Part shown: positions 13,350-26,600 of the stretch, piece by piece
Numbering within the stretch: position 1 is the first letter of the stretch
Layout: each line of letters starts with the position of its first letter
Assembly (NCBI RefSeq): GCF_963921235.1
Contig: NC_086097.1
Span: 126,482,001-126,546,000, forward strand
From: Mobula hypostoma
Lineage: Eukaryota
Length of the DNA stretch: 64,000 nucleotides
Direction of reading: 5' to 3'
Translations under genes and position numbers: made by a program
Notes under the pieces: generated by a model
Database searches by the model: none
What the model saw: only the letters and a program-made list of their open reading frames with translations
What the model was told of the DNA's origin: nothing

Positions 13350-16300
13350 CACTGTTTAACGGGGAGGCAGACAATCTCACAGCATGCATTGGCTGTAAGG
13401 ACTGGGATGTTCTATTCATAACAGAAACATGGTCAAGGACAGGACTGACAGCTCAATATTCCAGGATAAAGATGCTACAACTATGACAATGATACAAGTA
13501 TGCAAGGAGGGGTTGTAGCTTTCTGATAAAGGAGGGGAAAAGAGCAGTACTTTGAGATGGCATATAGGTAGAGTTTAAAAACAAGAAGGGAAGGATAACT
13601 CTAGCAGGACTGTATTACAGACCCCCAATAGTCAGCAGGAACTTGAGGAGCAGGTGTGTAGAGAAATTGCTTATAGTTGTAAGAGTAATAGTGCTGTATT
13701 TGTGGGACATATTAATTTCCCTGGTATTGACTGGCCAACTAGACAGTTAAGGGCCTGGATGGGGCAGAATTTGTGAAATCTGTCCAGGAAAGTTTCTGGA
13801 GTCAATAAAGTCAGCTCCTTACTCAGGAGGGTACAATACTGGATGTCCTCATAAGGAATGAGAAAGGGCAAGTAACTAAAGAGGCAATCAGGGAGCACTT
13901 TGACTCAAGTAACCAGAATAGGACAGGTCCGTAGGTTAGTGTCCAAGACTGGAGTAGGGCTAATTTTGGGGAAATTAGACAGGATCTAGCACAGGTCAAT
14001 TTGGGTGAGTCAGTTTGAAGATAAAGGAATGAATAGCAACTTTGCTGATGAGAAATATTGAGGCTCTGGTCAGGAAAAATGAAGTACAGTATACATTGGG
14101 TTTAGAAATTTGGAATTGACCAAATCCCTTAATGACTACGAAAAGATTAGGAATACAGTACTCTTAAATAGAAAATTGGGAGCTCAAAGACGGCTGTGAG
14201 ATGTTCTGACAGGTAAGGTTAAAGTAAAATCCCAAGTGGTTCTGTAGCCATATTAAGTGTAAAAGGGTGACCAGGGAGATTTCAACATGGCCACCAATGC
14301 TTGAGCGGTATGAGATAGGTGGGATTTATCACAAATATTTCTCCTTTGTGTTTACAATAGAGAAACTAATGGTTGCTCAAGAGATAAGAACATAGAACAT
14401 TACAGGAAAGCATTGGCCCTTCAGCCCATAATGTTGTGCCAGCCTTTTAAACTATTCCCTTCCCTCCTACATAGCCCTCTATTTTTCTATTATCTACAGT
14501 ATGTGCCTATCTAAGAATTTTGTAAATGCCACTCATGCATCTGTCTTTACCACCGCCCCAGCAGGACATTCCAAGCACCCACCACTCTCTGTGCAAAGAA
14601 CTCACCTCTGACATTCCCCCTTTACTTTCCTCCAATTGTGCTCCCTTGTATTAGTCATTTCCACCCTGGGAACAAGTCTCTGGCTACCACTCGATCTATG
14701 CCTCTTATCATCTTGTACATCTCTATCAAGTCACCTCTCATCCTCCTTCACTCCAAAGAGAAAAGCCCCAGCTCACTCAACATATCCTTATAAGACATGT
14801 TCTCCAATCCAGGCAGCACCCTGGTAAGTCTCCTCTGCACCCTCTGCAAACCCTCCACATCCTCCTATTAATGAGGAGACGAGATCTGAACACAATATTC
14901 TAAGTGTGGTCTAATCAAGGTTTTGTTTAAGTGCAACATTGCATCGTGGCTCTTGAACTAAATCTCCTGACTAATGAAGGCCAGCACCCCATACGCCTTC
15001 CTAACAACTCTATTAACTTGCATGACAACTTTGAGGGATCTATGGACGTGGATGCCTCTGTTCCTCCACACTGCAAGAATCCTGCTATTAACCCTGTATT
15101 CCGCTTTCAAGTTCAACCTTCCAAAGTGAATCACTTTACACTTTACTGGGTTGAACTCCATTTGCTACTCATCAGCCCAGCTTTGCATCCTGTCAATGTC
15201 CTACGAAAACCTTCTATCCACAATTCCACCAAACTTTGTACTAAGGGAAACAAGTTGAAATGTTTTGGAGCACATTTATATTACCAGGGAACCTTAGTCA
15301 TATTTGCAGCCTTACAGTGCACTAAGGTGGATAAATCCCCAGGGCCTAGCCCAGTGCATCCACAGCCTTTGTGGGAGGCTAGCAAAAAAATTATGCAGGT
15401 CACTTTGGAGATACTTATTTCATTGGTATTCACCGGCGAGGTTCCCGAAAACTGGAAGGTGGCTGAAGTTGCTCCATTGTTTAAAAAAAAAGGCAGCAAG
15501 GACAAGCCAGGGGACTATAGTCTGCCCGATATCAATAGTGGAGAAGTTACTGGGCAGAATTCTGAGTGGGAATTTCTGTGTGGGAAGTCATGCTTGACAA
15601 ACCTTTTAAAAGTTTTTTGAAGAAAGGCAAAAAGATAGAGAAGATTAGGGCAGTGGATGTTGTCTAATTGGACTTTTGTAAGGCCTTCAACAAGGCCCCA
15701 CTTGGTAGGCTGGTCTGGAAGGTTAGCTTCCATAGAATCCAGGTAGAGCTGGTTAGGTGGATTCAAAATTGCCTTGAGGTAGAAGCAGAGGGTGGTCATC
15801 ATTGCTTCTCGGAATGGAGGCTAGCAACTAGTGGTGTGCCACAAGATTTGGTGTTGGAATCTTTGTTATTTTTTATTTATATAAATAATTTGGATGCAAA
15901 TGCTCATGCTTCAATCAGTTAAGTTTGCTGGTGACACAAAGTTTGGAGGTGTTGCTGATAGAGAAGTTGAATATTACAAGGGGATCATGACCAGATAGGG
16001 AAGTCGGGTAAAGAGTGGCAAATAGATTTCAAAGCAGTTAAGTCTGAGATGATGCATTTAGAAAGTCAAACCAGAATACTGAATACTATGAATGACAGGG
16101 CACCAGGGAGTGTAATGGAACAGAGGAGCTTGGGAGCACAAGTGTAGGGTTCATTGAAAGCACCATCACAGGTAGACAGGGTGAAAAAGCATTTAGCACT
16201 CTGGGCTTCATCAGTAGGTGTATACGAGATGGAATATTAATGATGCAGTTGTATAAGTTATTGGTAGGAGTGCACTTCAAGTTCAATTTATTGTCATTCG

Positions 16301-17375
16301 TTCAGATACAGGTATACTACCAAATGAAACACTGTTCCTCTGGACCAGGGTTCATAACAGAATATATATATCGAACACATGTAACACTTGAAGTAAATAT
16401 TACCACAAATAAATTAATAAGTAACAAGGTGCATTTACAATTCAAGTTAAAAAGTAACTATTATATGCTGCAGGCACTTCACATGTGACGAGACCTGGGT
16501 GGTGACAGTGAGTTCAGTAGTCTTACAGCCTGGAGAAAAAAGCTGTTTCCATCCTAACAGTCCGTGTCCTCCTACAGTACCTCCTGCCTGATGGCGGTGG
16601 GGGGGGGGGTGTCAAAGAGATCGTTGGACGGATGGGAGGGATCATTGACAATGCTGGAGGCCCTGCATACACAGCGCTCCTGATATACATCTCAGATGGG
16701 TGGAAGAGAGACGCTGTTGATCCTCTCAGCAGTCTTCTCAACCCTTTGTAGGTTCTTGCAGTCAGATGCCTTGCAAATCCCGTACCAGACAGTAATGCAG
16801 CTGGTCAGGACACTCTCAAAGGTGCTGCTGTAAAAATTGGTTGGAATGGGGGTACCTGGAGTCCTGTGTATAGTTTTGGTCATCCTATTGTAGAAAAGAT
16901 CTGGTTAAACTGGAAAGAGAATAGAAAAGATTTACAGGGATATTGTCAGGATTAGTAAGCAGGCGTTTTAGGAAAAAGTAGGGCAGGATATGTCTTTAGT
17001 CCTTATAATGTAGGAGAATAAGGGGTGACTTTATAGAAATGTTTACTATATGAGAGGCATAGATAAGATGGATGGTGATAGCCTTTCCCTCAGGGTAAAA
17101 GGGGACATAGATTTACTGTGAAAGGGAAAAGGCTTAAAAAGGATCTGAGAAGTGACATTTTAAAAAGAGGCTGGTGAATAAATTGAATGAGCTGCCAGAA
17201 GTTGTTTGGTTGAGGCAGGCACAATTGTATAATTTGAGAAATGCTTAGATTAGTACATGGAGGGGAGTGGTTAGAGGGATATGGGCCAAATGCAGGAAAT
17301 TGGTTGGGCACTATGGGAAGCATGGGTTCAATGGGCCGAAAGGCCTGTATCTGTGCTGTATTACACCATGACTCT
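13350..17375 (+). mobile_element. Old degenerate CR1 with a nested inverted CR1 (about 14385-15240) and a LINE fragment (approximate)
   Basis: Decayed endonuclease and RT motifs (ENWKVAEVAPLFKK, DFCKAFNK, GVPQ) and a CR1 3' end. Confidence 0.8.
16500..16850 (-). mobile_element. Rex1/Babar- or L2-type LINE 3' fragment (approximate)
   Basis: NFYSSTFESVLTSCITVWYG...LQRVEKTAERI and PSGRRY. Confidence 0.7.
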
Positions 17376-17686
17376 ATATAGTGTAATAAAAAGAGTTTAA
17401 TGACATTTGAATGGTTTGATCATCGGCTCATACTGTAGGTAGGATCAAAGCTGAAGCTGTGAGGCAGAAGCAACAGCAGCTCGGCCAACATTCTCAGAGG
17501 AACCTGGATATCCTGTACATGAGTTTGATAGGACAAAGGGATTACCTGTGAGAAGGTGATGCTGAGGGGGGCTTGGAATGACATAAGGGTCTGAGTATGA
17601 GATGGACATCTTGACCAATGTGGACCAGCTGGGCCAATGGGACTTTCCTGTGCTGTATGACTCCACAAAGAAAGATTAAAGCTCAC

Positions 17687-17717
17687 CATAACCCAGCGGC
17701 TTGCTTCCAAACAGGCT
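17687..17717 (-). CDS. CAGE1: CAGE1-like 31-nt exon
   Basis: ctaac branch-like site followed by a cag acceptor; SLFGSKPLGY; G|gtgagc donor; phase 0 to 1. Confidence 0.45.
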
Positions 17718-18754
17718 CTGATTGGCAATTTGTGGAAGTTAGGTTGATTTTGCAGTCTTCTTTTAATTGATGTACTTGTTTCATGTGCAATAATAATTGG
17801 ACAAATAAATACTTCATTAATCACACATTTTCTGGCAAACAATTATCACAAGCAATAGTCTGTAACTTCCCTTTGGACCTGGAGGGAATTTGATATGGCA
17901 GAACTTAAGCGAGGCGAGGTGGCGGGTCCGTGAGGAAGACCCAAGATTCGGTCGACATAGGCGCTGGGGCAAATCAGAAAGATCGAGTACGGGGTGGCAG
18001 GGTCTAAGCCCCAGAGCGTACCAACGTAACTGAACCCAATATTTGGATGTCGATTTAGGCACTGGGCCAGATTGAAAAGGTCAGGGTGTTGGGGCCCAAG
18101 GCTAGATAGGGACCATCCAGTTCTGCACATTGCTCCGCAATGTTTACTCAGCTTTGCGCTGATCTATAGGTGTCGGACTCTCTTTGTGGACTTCAGTTCA
18201 GAATGCTATTTGCTTGTGGTTACTGTTTCCATGATTTGTTTTCTTTTCCCTCTGCACATTGGGTGTTCGATGGATCTTATTTTTCACGGGTTAGAAACAT
18301 AGAAACATAGAAAACATGCAGCACAATACAGGCCATTCAGCCCACAAAGCTGTGCCGAACATGTCCCTACCTCAGAACTACTTAGGCTTTACCCATAGCT
18401 CTCTATTCTTCTAAGCTCCATGTAGCCATCCAGGAGTCTCTTAAAAAACCCTATCGTTTCCACCTGCACCACCGCCACCGGCAGCCCATTCCACTCACCA
18501 CTCTCTGCGTAAAAAACTTACCCCTGATATCTCCTCTGTACCTACTTCCAAGCACCTTAAGACTATGCCCTCTCGTGCTAGCCATTTCTGCCCGGGGGAA
18601 AAGCCTCTGACTATCCACACGATCAATGCCTCTCATTATCTTGTACATTTCTATCAAGTCACCTCTCATCCTCCGTCGCTCCAAGGAGAGAAGGCCGAGT
18701 TCAGTCAACCTATTCTCATAAGGCATGCTCCCAATCCAGGCAACATCCTTGTAT

Positions 18755-18997
18755 CACACATACAAGTTGCTGGTGAACGCAGCAGGCCAGGCAGCATCTC
18801 TAGGAAGAGGTGCAGTCGACGTTTCAGGCAGAGACCCTTCGTCAGGACTAACTGAAGGAAGAGTGGCCCTGACGAAGGGTCTCGGCCTGAAACGTCGACT
18901 GCACCTCTTCCTAGAGATGCTGCCTGGCCTGCTGCGTTCACCAGCAACTTGTATGTGTGTTGCTTGAATTTCCAGCATCTGCAGAATTCCTGTTGTT
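18755..18997. mobile_element. PLE fold-back mini-insertion inside a CR1
   Basis: Two inverted terminal-repeat arms. TSD AACATCCTTGTAT at 18742-18754 and 18998-19010. Confidence 0.92.
18814..18849 (-). ncRNA. Minimal hammerhead ribozyme motif (a second, + strand core lies at 18869-18900)
   Basis: Reverse complement reads AGTCCTGACGAAGGGTCTCTGCCTGAAACGTCGACT. Confidence 0.72.
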
Positions 18998-20836
18998 AAC
19001 ATCCTTGTATACCTCCTCTGCAGCCTTTTTATGGTTTCCACATCCTTCCTATAGTGAGGCGACTAGAAATGAGCACAGTACTCCGAGTGGGGTCTGACCA
19101 GGGTCCTATATAGCTGCAACATTACCTCTCAGCTCTCAAACTCAATCCCACGATTGATGAAGGCCAATGCAGGGTCAACCTGCGTAGCAGCTTTGAGTGT
19201 CCTATGGACTCAGACCCCAAGATCCCTCTGATCCTCCACACTGTCAAGAGTCTTACCACTAATACTATATTCTGCCATCATATTTGACCTACCAAAATGA
19301 ACCACCTCACACTTATCCAGGTTGTACACCATCTGCCACTTTGCAGTCCAGTTCTGCATCCTATGAATGCCCCGTTGTAACCTCTGACAGCCCTCCACAC
19401 TATCCACAACACGCCCAACCTTTGTGTCATCAGCAAATTTACTAACCCATCCCTTCACTCCCTCATTCCAGTCATTTATAAAAAACACAAAGAGTAGGGG
19501 TCCCAGAACAGATCCCTGAGGCACACCACTGGTCACCGGCCTCCATGCAGAATATGACCTGTCTACAACCACTCTTTGCCTTCTGTGGGCAAGCCAGTTC
19601 TGGATCCCCTTGGATCCCATGCCTCCTTACTTTCTCAATAAGCCTTGCATGGGGTACCTTATCAAATGCCTTGCTAAGATCCATATACACTACATCTACT
19701 GCTCTTCCTTCATCAATGTGTTTAGTCACATCCTCAAAATATTCAATCAGGGTGATAAGGCATGACCTGCCTTTGACAAAGCCATGCTGACTATTCCTAA
19801 TCATATTATGCCTCTGCAAATATTCATAAATCCTGCCTCTCAAGATCTTCTCCATCAACTTACCGACCACTGAAGTAAGACTCACTCGCCTATAATTTCC
19901 TGGGCTATCCCTACTCCCTTTCCTGAATAAGGGAACAACATCCACAACCCTCCAATCCTCCGGATCCTTCCCTACCCTCATTGACAATACAAAGATCATT
20001 GCCAGAGGCTCAGCACTCTTTTCCCTTGCTTCCCACAGTAGCCTGGGGTACATCCTGTCCGGTTCTGGTGACTTATCCAACTTGATGCTTTCCAAAAGCT
20101 CCAGCACATCCTCTTCCTTAATATCTACATTCTCAAGCTTTTCAGTCTGCTGTAAGTCATCCCTACAATCGCCAAGATCCTTTTCCGTAGTGAATACTGA
20201 AGCAAAGTATTCAGTAAGTACCTCCGCTATTTCCTCAGGTTCCATAAACACTTGATTGGTCCTCTTCTCTCACACCTTATCCTCTTGCTCTTCACATACT
20301 TGTAGAATGCCTTGGGTTTTTCCTTAATCCTGTCTGCCATGGCCCCTTCTGGCTCTCCTAATTCCATTCTTAAGCTCCTTCCTGCCAGCCTTATAATCTT
20401 CTGGATTCATATTATTACCTAGTTTTTTGACCCTTTTGTACGCTCTTCTTTTCTTCTTGACTAGATTTACAACAGCCTTTGTACACCACGGATCTTGTAC
20501 CCTACCATCCTTTCCATGTCTCATTGGAACGTACCTACTCAGAACCCCACGCAAATATCCCCTGAACATTAGCCACAATTCTTCCGTATGTTTCCCTGAG
20601 AACAACTGTTTCCAATTTATGCTTCTAAGTTCCTGCCTGATAGCCTCATAGCTCCCCTTACTCCAATTAACCGTTTCCCTAACTTGTCTGTTCCTATCCC
20701 TCTCCAATGCTATGGTAAAAGCTCTTTTGGGTTTCTCTGTTCTATGGCTGCCTGTTAGGAGATGAATCTCAAGGTTGTGTAATGCACAAATACTTTGATA
20801 ATAAATGTATTTTGAATATAAATCACTTAAACTGAC

Positions 20837-20916
20837 CTCATCTCCTGTGCTGTCTCTGGAGTGTTTTACTAGACTAAAGATCTCATCCTTCATTATGGAT
20901 TCTTCTGCAACACTAT
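20837..20916 (-). CDS. CAGE1: CAGE1-like exon
   Basis: Strong polypyrimidine acceptor tttgttcttag; (D)SVAEESIMKDEIFSLVKHSRDSTGDE; gtcagt donor. Only one frame is open. Confidence 0.65.
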
Positions 20917-21050
20917 CTAAGAACAAAAGCAAACATAAAACTGAAGTTTTACATTCATTAGCAGAAGCAGTGTTTCATACACATACACCTTGTATATAAT
21001 CCTCCTTGCAAAGAGTGGCATGCTTCTCACACTTCACAGAGGATAAATAC

Positions 21051-21063
21051 CTTCATATTTTAC
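21051..21063 (-). CDS. CAGE1: CAGE1-like 13-nt micro-exon
   Basis: tttttaactag|GTAAAATATGAAG|gtattt. Supplies the phase 0 to 1 link needed between the flanking exons. Confidence 0.4.
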
Positions 21064-21259
21064 CTAGTTAAAAATAAGTCTTACTTTTGGTCAATTTTAA
21101 TGGGTGACCATTAAAACCAAAAAAGGTATCATTTTGCTTTACGGCACTGAAGTCCAGAATCCAGTGCCATTGTGACTGTGAGCATGCTGGATTTCAGATT
21201 TAGCTGGAATTTGGACAGTGAAAATATAAAGTTTGAAAACAAACTCTTTTTTTTCATAC

Positions 21260-21288
21260 CTGCTGAATATCCTTCCTATTTTTCCCTT
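21260..21288 (-). CDS. CAGE1: CAGE1-like 29-nt exon
   Basis: cttacttcag acceptor; (E)GKNRKDIQQ; gtatga donor; phase 1 to 0. Confidence 0.5.
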
Positions 21289-21621
21289 CTGAAGTAAGGT
21301 CAGGCAGCTTGTGCCAGGTAAGATCAACTCATAACACAGGAACCAAGTTTAAGTTCAAGTTTATTGTCAGCTGACTGTACATATATACAACAAAATGAAA
21401 CAATATTGGACCACAAATACCACACACAGCACATAAAACAAAATATCATATTATGCATAATATATTATAATTCAAAATGCATGTGAAGAGCACAGCACAG
21501 GTAAACAGTAACCATTTGGCTGACCTACTGATGAGACCCAGTGATGGCAGGGTATTCATTAGTTTCATAGTCTGGGGCAAGAATTTGTTAACCCAGTCTG
21601 GCAGTCCTCATCCTGATACTC

Positions 21622-22966
21622 CTGAAGGAATTGATGGCTTTGTGGCCAAGTTTGCAACCAATACAAATATAGGTGGAACAACAGACACAAAATGCTGGAG
21701 GAACTCAGCAGGCCAGGCAGCATCTATGGAAAAAAAGTACAGTCGACGTTTTGGGCCAAGACCCTTCAGAAGGACTGGAGCAAAGAAGATGAGGAGTAGA
21801 TATGAAAGGTGGGGGAGGGGAGAGAGAAACACAAGGTGATAGGTGAAACCGGGAGGGGGAGAGGTAAAGTAAAGAGCTGGGAAGCTGATTAGTGAAAGAG
21901 ATACAGGGCTGGAGAAGGGGGGGGGGGTTCCGATAGGAGGGAACAGAAGAGCATGGAAGAAAGAAAAGGGGAGAAGAACCACCAGAGGTAGGCAATGGGC
22001 AGGCAAGGAGGTAAGGTGAGAGAGGGAAAGGGGGATGGGGAATGGTGAAGGATAGGGCAGGGGGGCATTACTGGAAACTTGAGAAATCGATGTTCATGCC
22101 ATCAGGTTGGAGGCTACCCAGATGGAATATAAGGTGTATTCCTCCAACCTGAGTGTGGCCTCATTGTGACAGTAGAGGAGGCCATGGATTGAGTTATCAG
22201 AATGGGAATGGGAAGTGGAATTAAAATGGATGGCCAATGGGATATCCTGCTTCTTCTGGTGGGTGGAGCATAGATACTCAGTGAAACGGTTTCCCAATCT
22301 ACATTGGATAGGTAGAGGTCAAGGTAGTGTTGGGGAAGCAGGGAGACTGCAGAAGGACTTAGACAGATTAGGAGAATGGGCAAAGCAGATAGAATATAGT
22401 ATAGAAAAGTGAATGGTCACGCACATTGGTAGAAGGAATAAAGGCATAGACTATTTTCTAAACTGAGAGAAAATTCAAAAATCAGAGTTGCAGAGGAACT
22501 TAGGAGTCCTCATGAAGGACTCCCAAAGGGTATACTTGCAGGTTGAGTCAGTGGTAAGGAAGGCAAATGCAAAGTTAGCATTCATTTCGAATATAAAAGC
22601 AAGGAAGTAATGTTGAGGCTTTATAAGGTATTGGTCAGACTATGTTTGGAGTATTGTGAGCAGTTTTGGACCCCTTATCATTGGAAAGGTTCCAGAGGAG
22701 GTTCACGGGAATGATTCTGGGAAAGAAAGGGTTAATGTATGTGGAGCGTTTAATGGCTCTGGATCTGTACTCTCTGGAGTTTAGTAGAATGAGGATCGAT
22801 CTTATTGAAACCTGTCGAATATTGAAAGGCCTAGATAAAGTGGATGTTCCCTATAGTGGGGGAGTCTAGGACCAGAGGGCACAGCCTCAGAGTAGAGGCA
22901 AATCCATTTAGAACAGAGGTGAGGAGGAATTTCTTCAGCCAGAGAGTCGTGAATCTGTGGAATTAA
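21622..22966 (+). mobile_element. Second CR1 family fragment split by a PLE (approximate)
   Basis: EGIDGFVAKFA before the PLE and EAGRLQKDLDRLGEWA after it. Confidence 0.8.
21683..22300 (-). mobile_element. Older PLE family 3' fragment inserted in a CR1 (approximate ends)
   Basis: GIY-YIG C-terminal remnant (HFNSTSHSHSD...RLEE), a polypurine tract and a decayed hammerhead. Confidence 0.8.
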
Positions 22967-23517
22967 TTGAACTTTGGTGCAATATAAAGAAATGAGTTGA
23001 TGGTGGTGTGGTTGTTTAACCAGTTAGACTGTGTGATCTGATGACAAGCTGCTTAAACTGTAGTATAGTTTCATGTATTGAGTGTTTCAGACATAGAATT
23101 ATCATTATAAAACACTGCATCATCTAAGTTACTGCTGTCAATGCCACAGAAGATTCATCAGTAACCAACTATGTCTAAACACATTTAACTTTCTCTCAGA
23201 TAAACTGGAGATACTAATTTTTGGTTTATTTTAAATTTCAAGATGGCTTGATAGCATAGTGGTTAATGCGATTGTTTTACAGTGCCCGTGATCACCAATT
23301 GGGGTTTGATTTACACCATTTTTTTGTAAGGAGTTTCTCCCCATGACTACGTGAGTTTCCCCAGGTGCTTTGATTACCTCTCGCATTCTAAAGACATAAA
23401 GTGAAGTTTATTGAGTTGCAGGCATGCTATGTTGGCGCTGTTAGTCTGGTAACATCTGCAGGCTGCCCCAGAACAATCCTCGAACTGTGTTGGTTGCTGA
23501 TGCAAAATGGCACATTT

Positions 23518-23646
23518 CCTGACGAAGGGTCTCGGCCCGAAACATTGACTGTACCTCTTCCCAGAGATGCTGCCTGGCCTGCTGCGTTCACCAGCAACTT
23601 TGATGTGTGTTGCTTGAAATTCCAGCATCTGCAGATTTCCTCGTGT
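23518..23646 (+). mobile_element. Single-arm PLE terminal fragment inside a V-SINE
   Basis: Starts at CCTGACGAAGG and runs to the terminus. TSD TGGCACATTT at 23508-23517 and 23647-23656. Confidence 0.85.
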
Positions 23647-24044
23647 TGGCACATTTTACTGTATGCTTCAATGTACATTGGACAAATAAAGATAATCTTT
23701 AAAAAAATCCTCTCCTTGTTTTTAAACTTCACCCAGATGCATTTGCTTATTTGGTAGCATTATATCCTTCAAAATTGAACCAAGTCACCAACTGACCCTC
23801 AAACCTCATACATGTAAATACTGATGGTCTTATCTGTACTGTTACTTCCAGCAAAAGTCACTGTATATCAAACAAACACGATCCGAACTATATTCACACC
23901 AGGTAGAGCAGAGTTAATACACCTCAAAGCCTACATAGTTCAATTCTATACACACTAAGAAATCAGCCATGCAGGCATACTGCATTTAATGAAAAATTTG
24001 CATTTTCTTATACTGGGAAAAATTAATTGATTTAATAAACTTAC

Positions 24045-24180
24045 CACTGGAGATGGTCTCTGAAGGAGATGATAACTCCAGGTAACGTAAGTGTTTTTCT
24101 AAGTTGTTCAGGCAAAGAAGACGACCATCACAATCTGTGTCTGTGTTTTCCCCTTTGTAATTATTAGAGTTCATTTCATC
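24045..24180 (-). CDS. CAGE1: CAGE1-like exon (may extend to an in-frame acceptor at 24360)
   Basis: ccag acceptor; DEMNSNNYKGENTDTDCDGRLLCLNNLEKHLRYLELSSPSETISS; G|gtaagt donor; phase 0 to 1. Confidence 0.65.
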
Positions 24181-24527
24181 CTGGTTTGGAGGACAACCAG
24201 AAGTAAATATTATCCAGTACCCAACCAGGCAAACAATCTCTTGAATAGAAGGATGTCTCATAAACGTAATTTTCACCACTGGAAATGTATTTCCAGAAAA
24301 AAACGGATATTTACTTCTGATTCTAGTTTCATTTGGAATGAACAATGTTCTTAGCCATAGCTGAAAGAAATATGGTCTCCCAGTTACATCCCATTTGGTG
24401 ATACAGCTAGCCCTGAAAATATTTGTTCAGCTGAATATATTTGTGTCATTACAGTTCTTTACAAAGCTCAATACCTCATAAACTTGACTGACAACTGGAT
24501 ATTCATGGCAGGTTCTTTTTCTTTACA

Positions 24528-24720
24528 CAGGTCATCCGCAGGTTATGCAGGGTCACGTTCCTGTGAACTGAGCAAAACTGGCCGCGAGCCGGGTTCCCAC
24601 CCAGCAGAAGATGTCTGCGGCCCCACTGCAGCTGGAAAATCCATCTTCCTGCTCCCCTAAACAGTCATTCATATGAATTTGCTGGACATAAACTGGCAAT
24701 CAAAAGCTGGGGTGGACCTG
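24528..24720. mobile_element. Possible Tigger-type MITE
   Basis: CAGGTC...GACCTG|TA termini. Confidence 0.4.
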
Positions 24721-26600
24721 TACTCAACTTCACTCAATAATCTTAATTGATGACTCCTCATGTTTATTCAGGAAGTAGATTAACTTGGCTATCCAAATCA
24801 AGGAAGCTGCTGGGTTCAATCACTGACAGAATCAAAATAATATGAATACTGGAACAAACATAGAATATTCCGGGCTTCAACCTGAAATGTTAACTGGAAG
24901 CAAAAGAGTCTGCAGATGCTGGAATCTGAGGCATAAAATGAGCTGCTCAAGGAACTCAAGAGACTCAGCAAGTAGACAGTCAGCATTTCAGCTCAAGACT
25001 AGGTACAGCTTATTTTCTGCACCTGAAATATAAACTCTGTTCCTCTCTTCATTGCTGCTGCCAAACCTGCCCAGTATTTCCAGTATTTTTCCTTGTTTAA
25101 GGAAGAGCATTAGGGAGACTCCCAGACCTCGTGGTTGTGGAAATTCAATTACTATCCCTACAGTTTAAGGACTGGATCTCTATGTATCAACATGTTTCAA
25201 GTGCTGAGGATCAGAGCGATAGGCAACGAGGGCTAAGAGTAGACAACCCTGAACGGCTTCTTCCAGGAAACACAAGGCCCAGGATTATGAGGGCGTAGAA
25301 TGAGCATCAACTTGGAGGCCAAGGAGACACGGATTCGTGGTAAGACCAGGAATGGTGGACATTGGGTGTAGGTAGTTGGGGGGCAATTTCAAGATGGGAT
25401 TGGCAGATGACACACTCACATGAGTAAAGAGACTATAGTCTGTGCCAGACATGACAATAGGACTTTTTCCCCAGTATGGAGGCCTTGACACTGTTCACTG
25501 AAAAGTGTGTACATTTCCTCCTGCCATATGGCCTTACCCTTCCATGTAATACACCAACACTGGTGCTATGCAGACCAAGTTCTCAATCAAAACTGGGAGG
25601 GTGGGAGAGAGGAGGGGTGGGGTTAAGGAAACAAACATTTCTTCCTGATTTCATCGTGATTAATTGGAATGTTTGCAAGCAGGATAACGGATTCTCTTTT
25701 ATTTCAGCCTGCAGTTAAAAAATTTGTGAAATTGTAAGTTATGAAGTTATTTCTCATATAAATTAGTCTACTAATTCCTTACATTCAAATCAGAGCTGAT
25801 TATATTCTACATATGCATTCTGAAACCATAAGCAGAGGTACACCACTATAAATTACCAGGACACAAAAAGGGAAATTACTGTTTTAGATGTAAATAGGCT
25901 ATGTGCATCACATCAAATAACAGCTACTAATCAAAGTTTAGTAATTGAAACAAAATTAAACACTAAGAAATGTAAAGCACTTGGTACAGTAAACAATGCA
26001 TGATCCAAAATGAGTTAAGTGAGAAGGAGGAATTCTTTGTTTGAATCTTCATGCTTCATTATATAGTCTACAGCAAAACATCAGGTACAGCCAATGGACC
26101 GATCAGATCTGCACATTAGAACAAATAGGTTGCAGAAAACGAGCCACCTCAGTCAGTTCACAGAAAAAGTGAGCTTTCACATAGGCTCCTTGTGAATGCT
26201 AATCGGATATCAGGTTGTGAGCACATTTTGAACCAGGTAAATTTGAATTTGCAGCTAGATACACAGAACAATAAACTGCTCTGTACAGTCACTTGTTTTG
26301 TTACCCTGATTTTGTGAGGCAGGAATGTAGACAAGCAAATGGGAAAATAACCCCCTCCAACTTCTCCAATCATTACTCACTTTTTCCTGCTGGGGAGGGT
26401 ATGAATTTTAAAGATACAATACTCAAATTCTGATTGCACATACATTAAGACAGAATCTGTACTCTGCTTGCAAATATTCTCAAAGTTTAAACATTATCAT
26501 TCATATATACACTCTGTCTGAACTGTGGATTGGAAATAATCTACTGCAGGCATAGAGTAAGACAAATTTGTGATTCTGCATTAAATTTAATTGGTCCTAC

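Larger units (their letters stand above)
18292..20720 (-). mobile_element. CR1 LINE, 5'-truncated and frameshifted, hosting the PLE insertion
   Basis: ORF fragments very similar to the 10793 ORF; (AGAAACAT)n tail at the left end. Confidence 0.95.

Noticed and set aside
20324..20932. 202-aa ORF joining a host exon to CR1 sequence
   Set aside because: Chance read-through across a good gtcagt donor, a SINE-like remnant and a CR1; no evidence of a real fusion.
21745..21780. Hammerheads in the older PLE copies (also about 4300, 39350 and 56850)
   Set aside because: The core CUGANGA, GAAA or stem III positions are mutated, so they are probably inactive relics.
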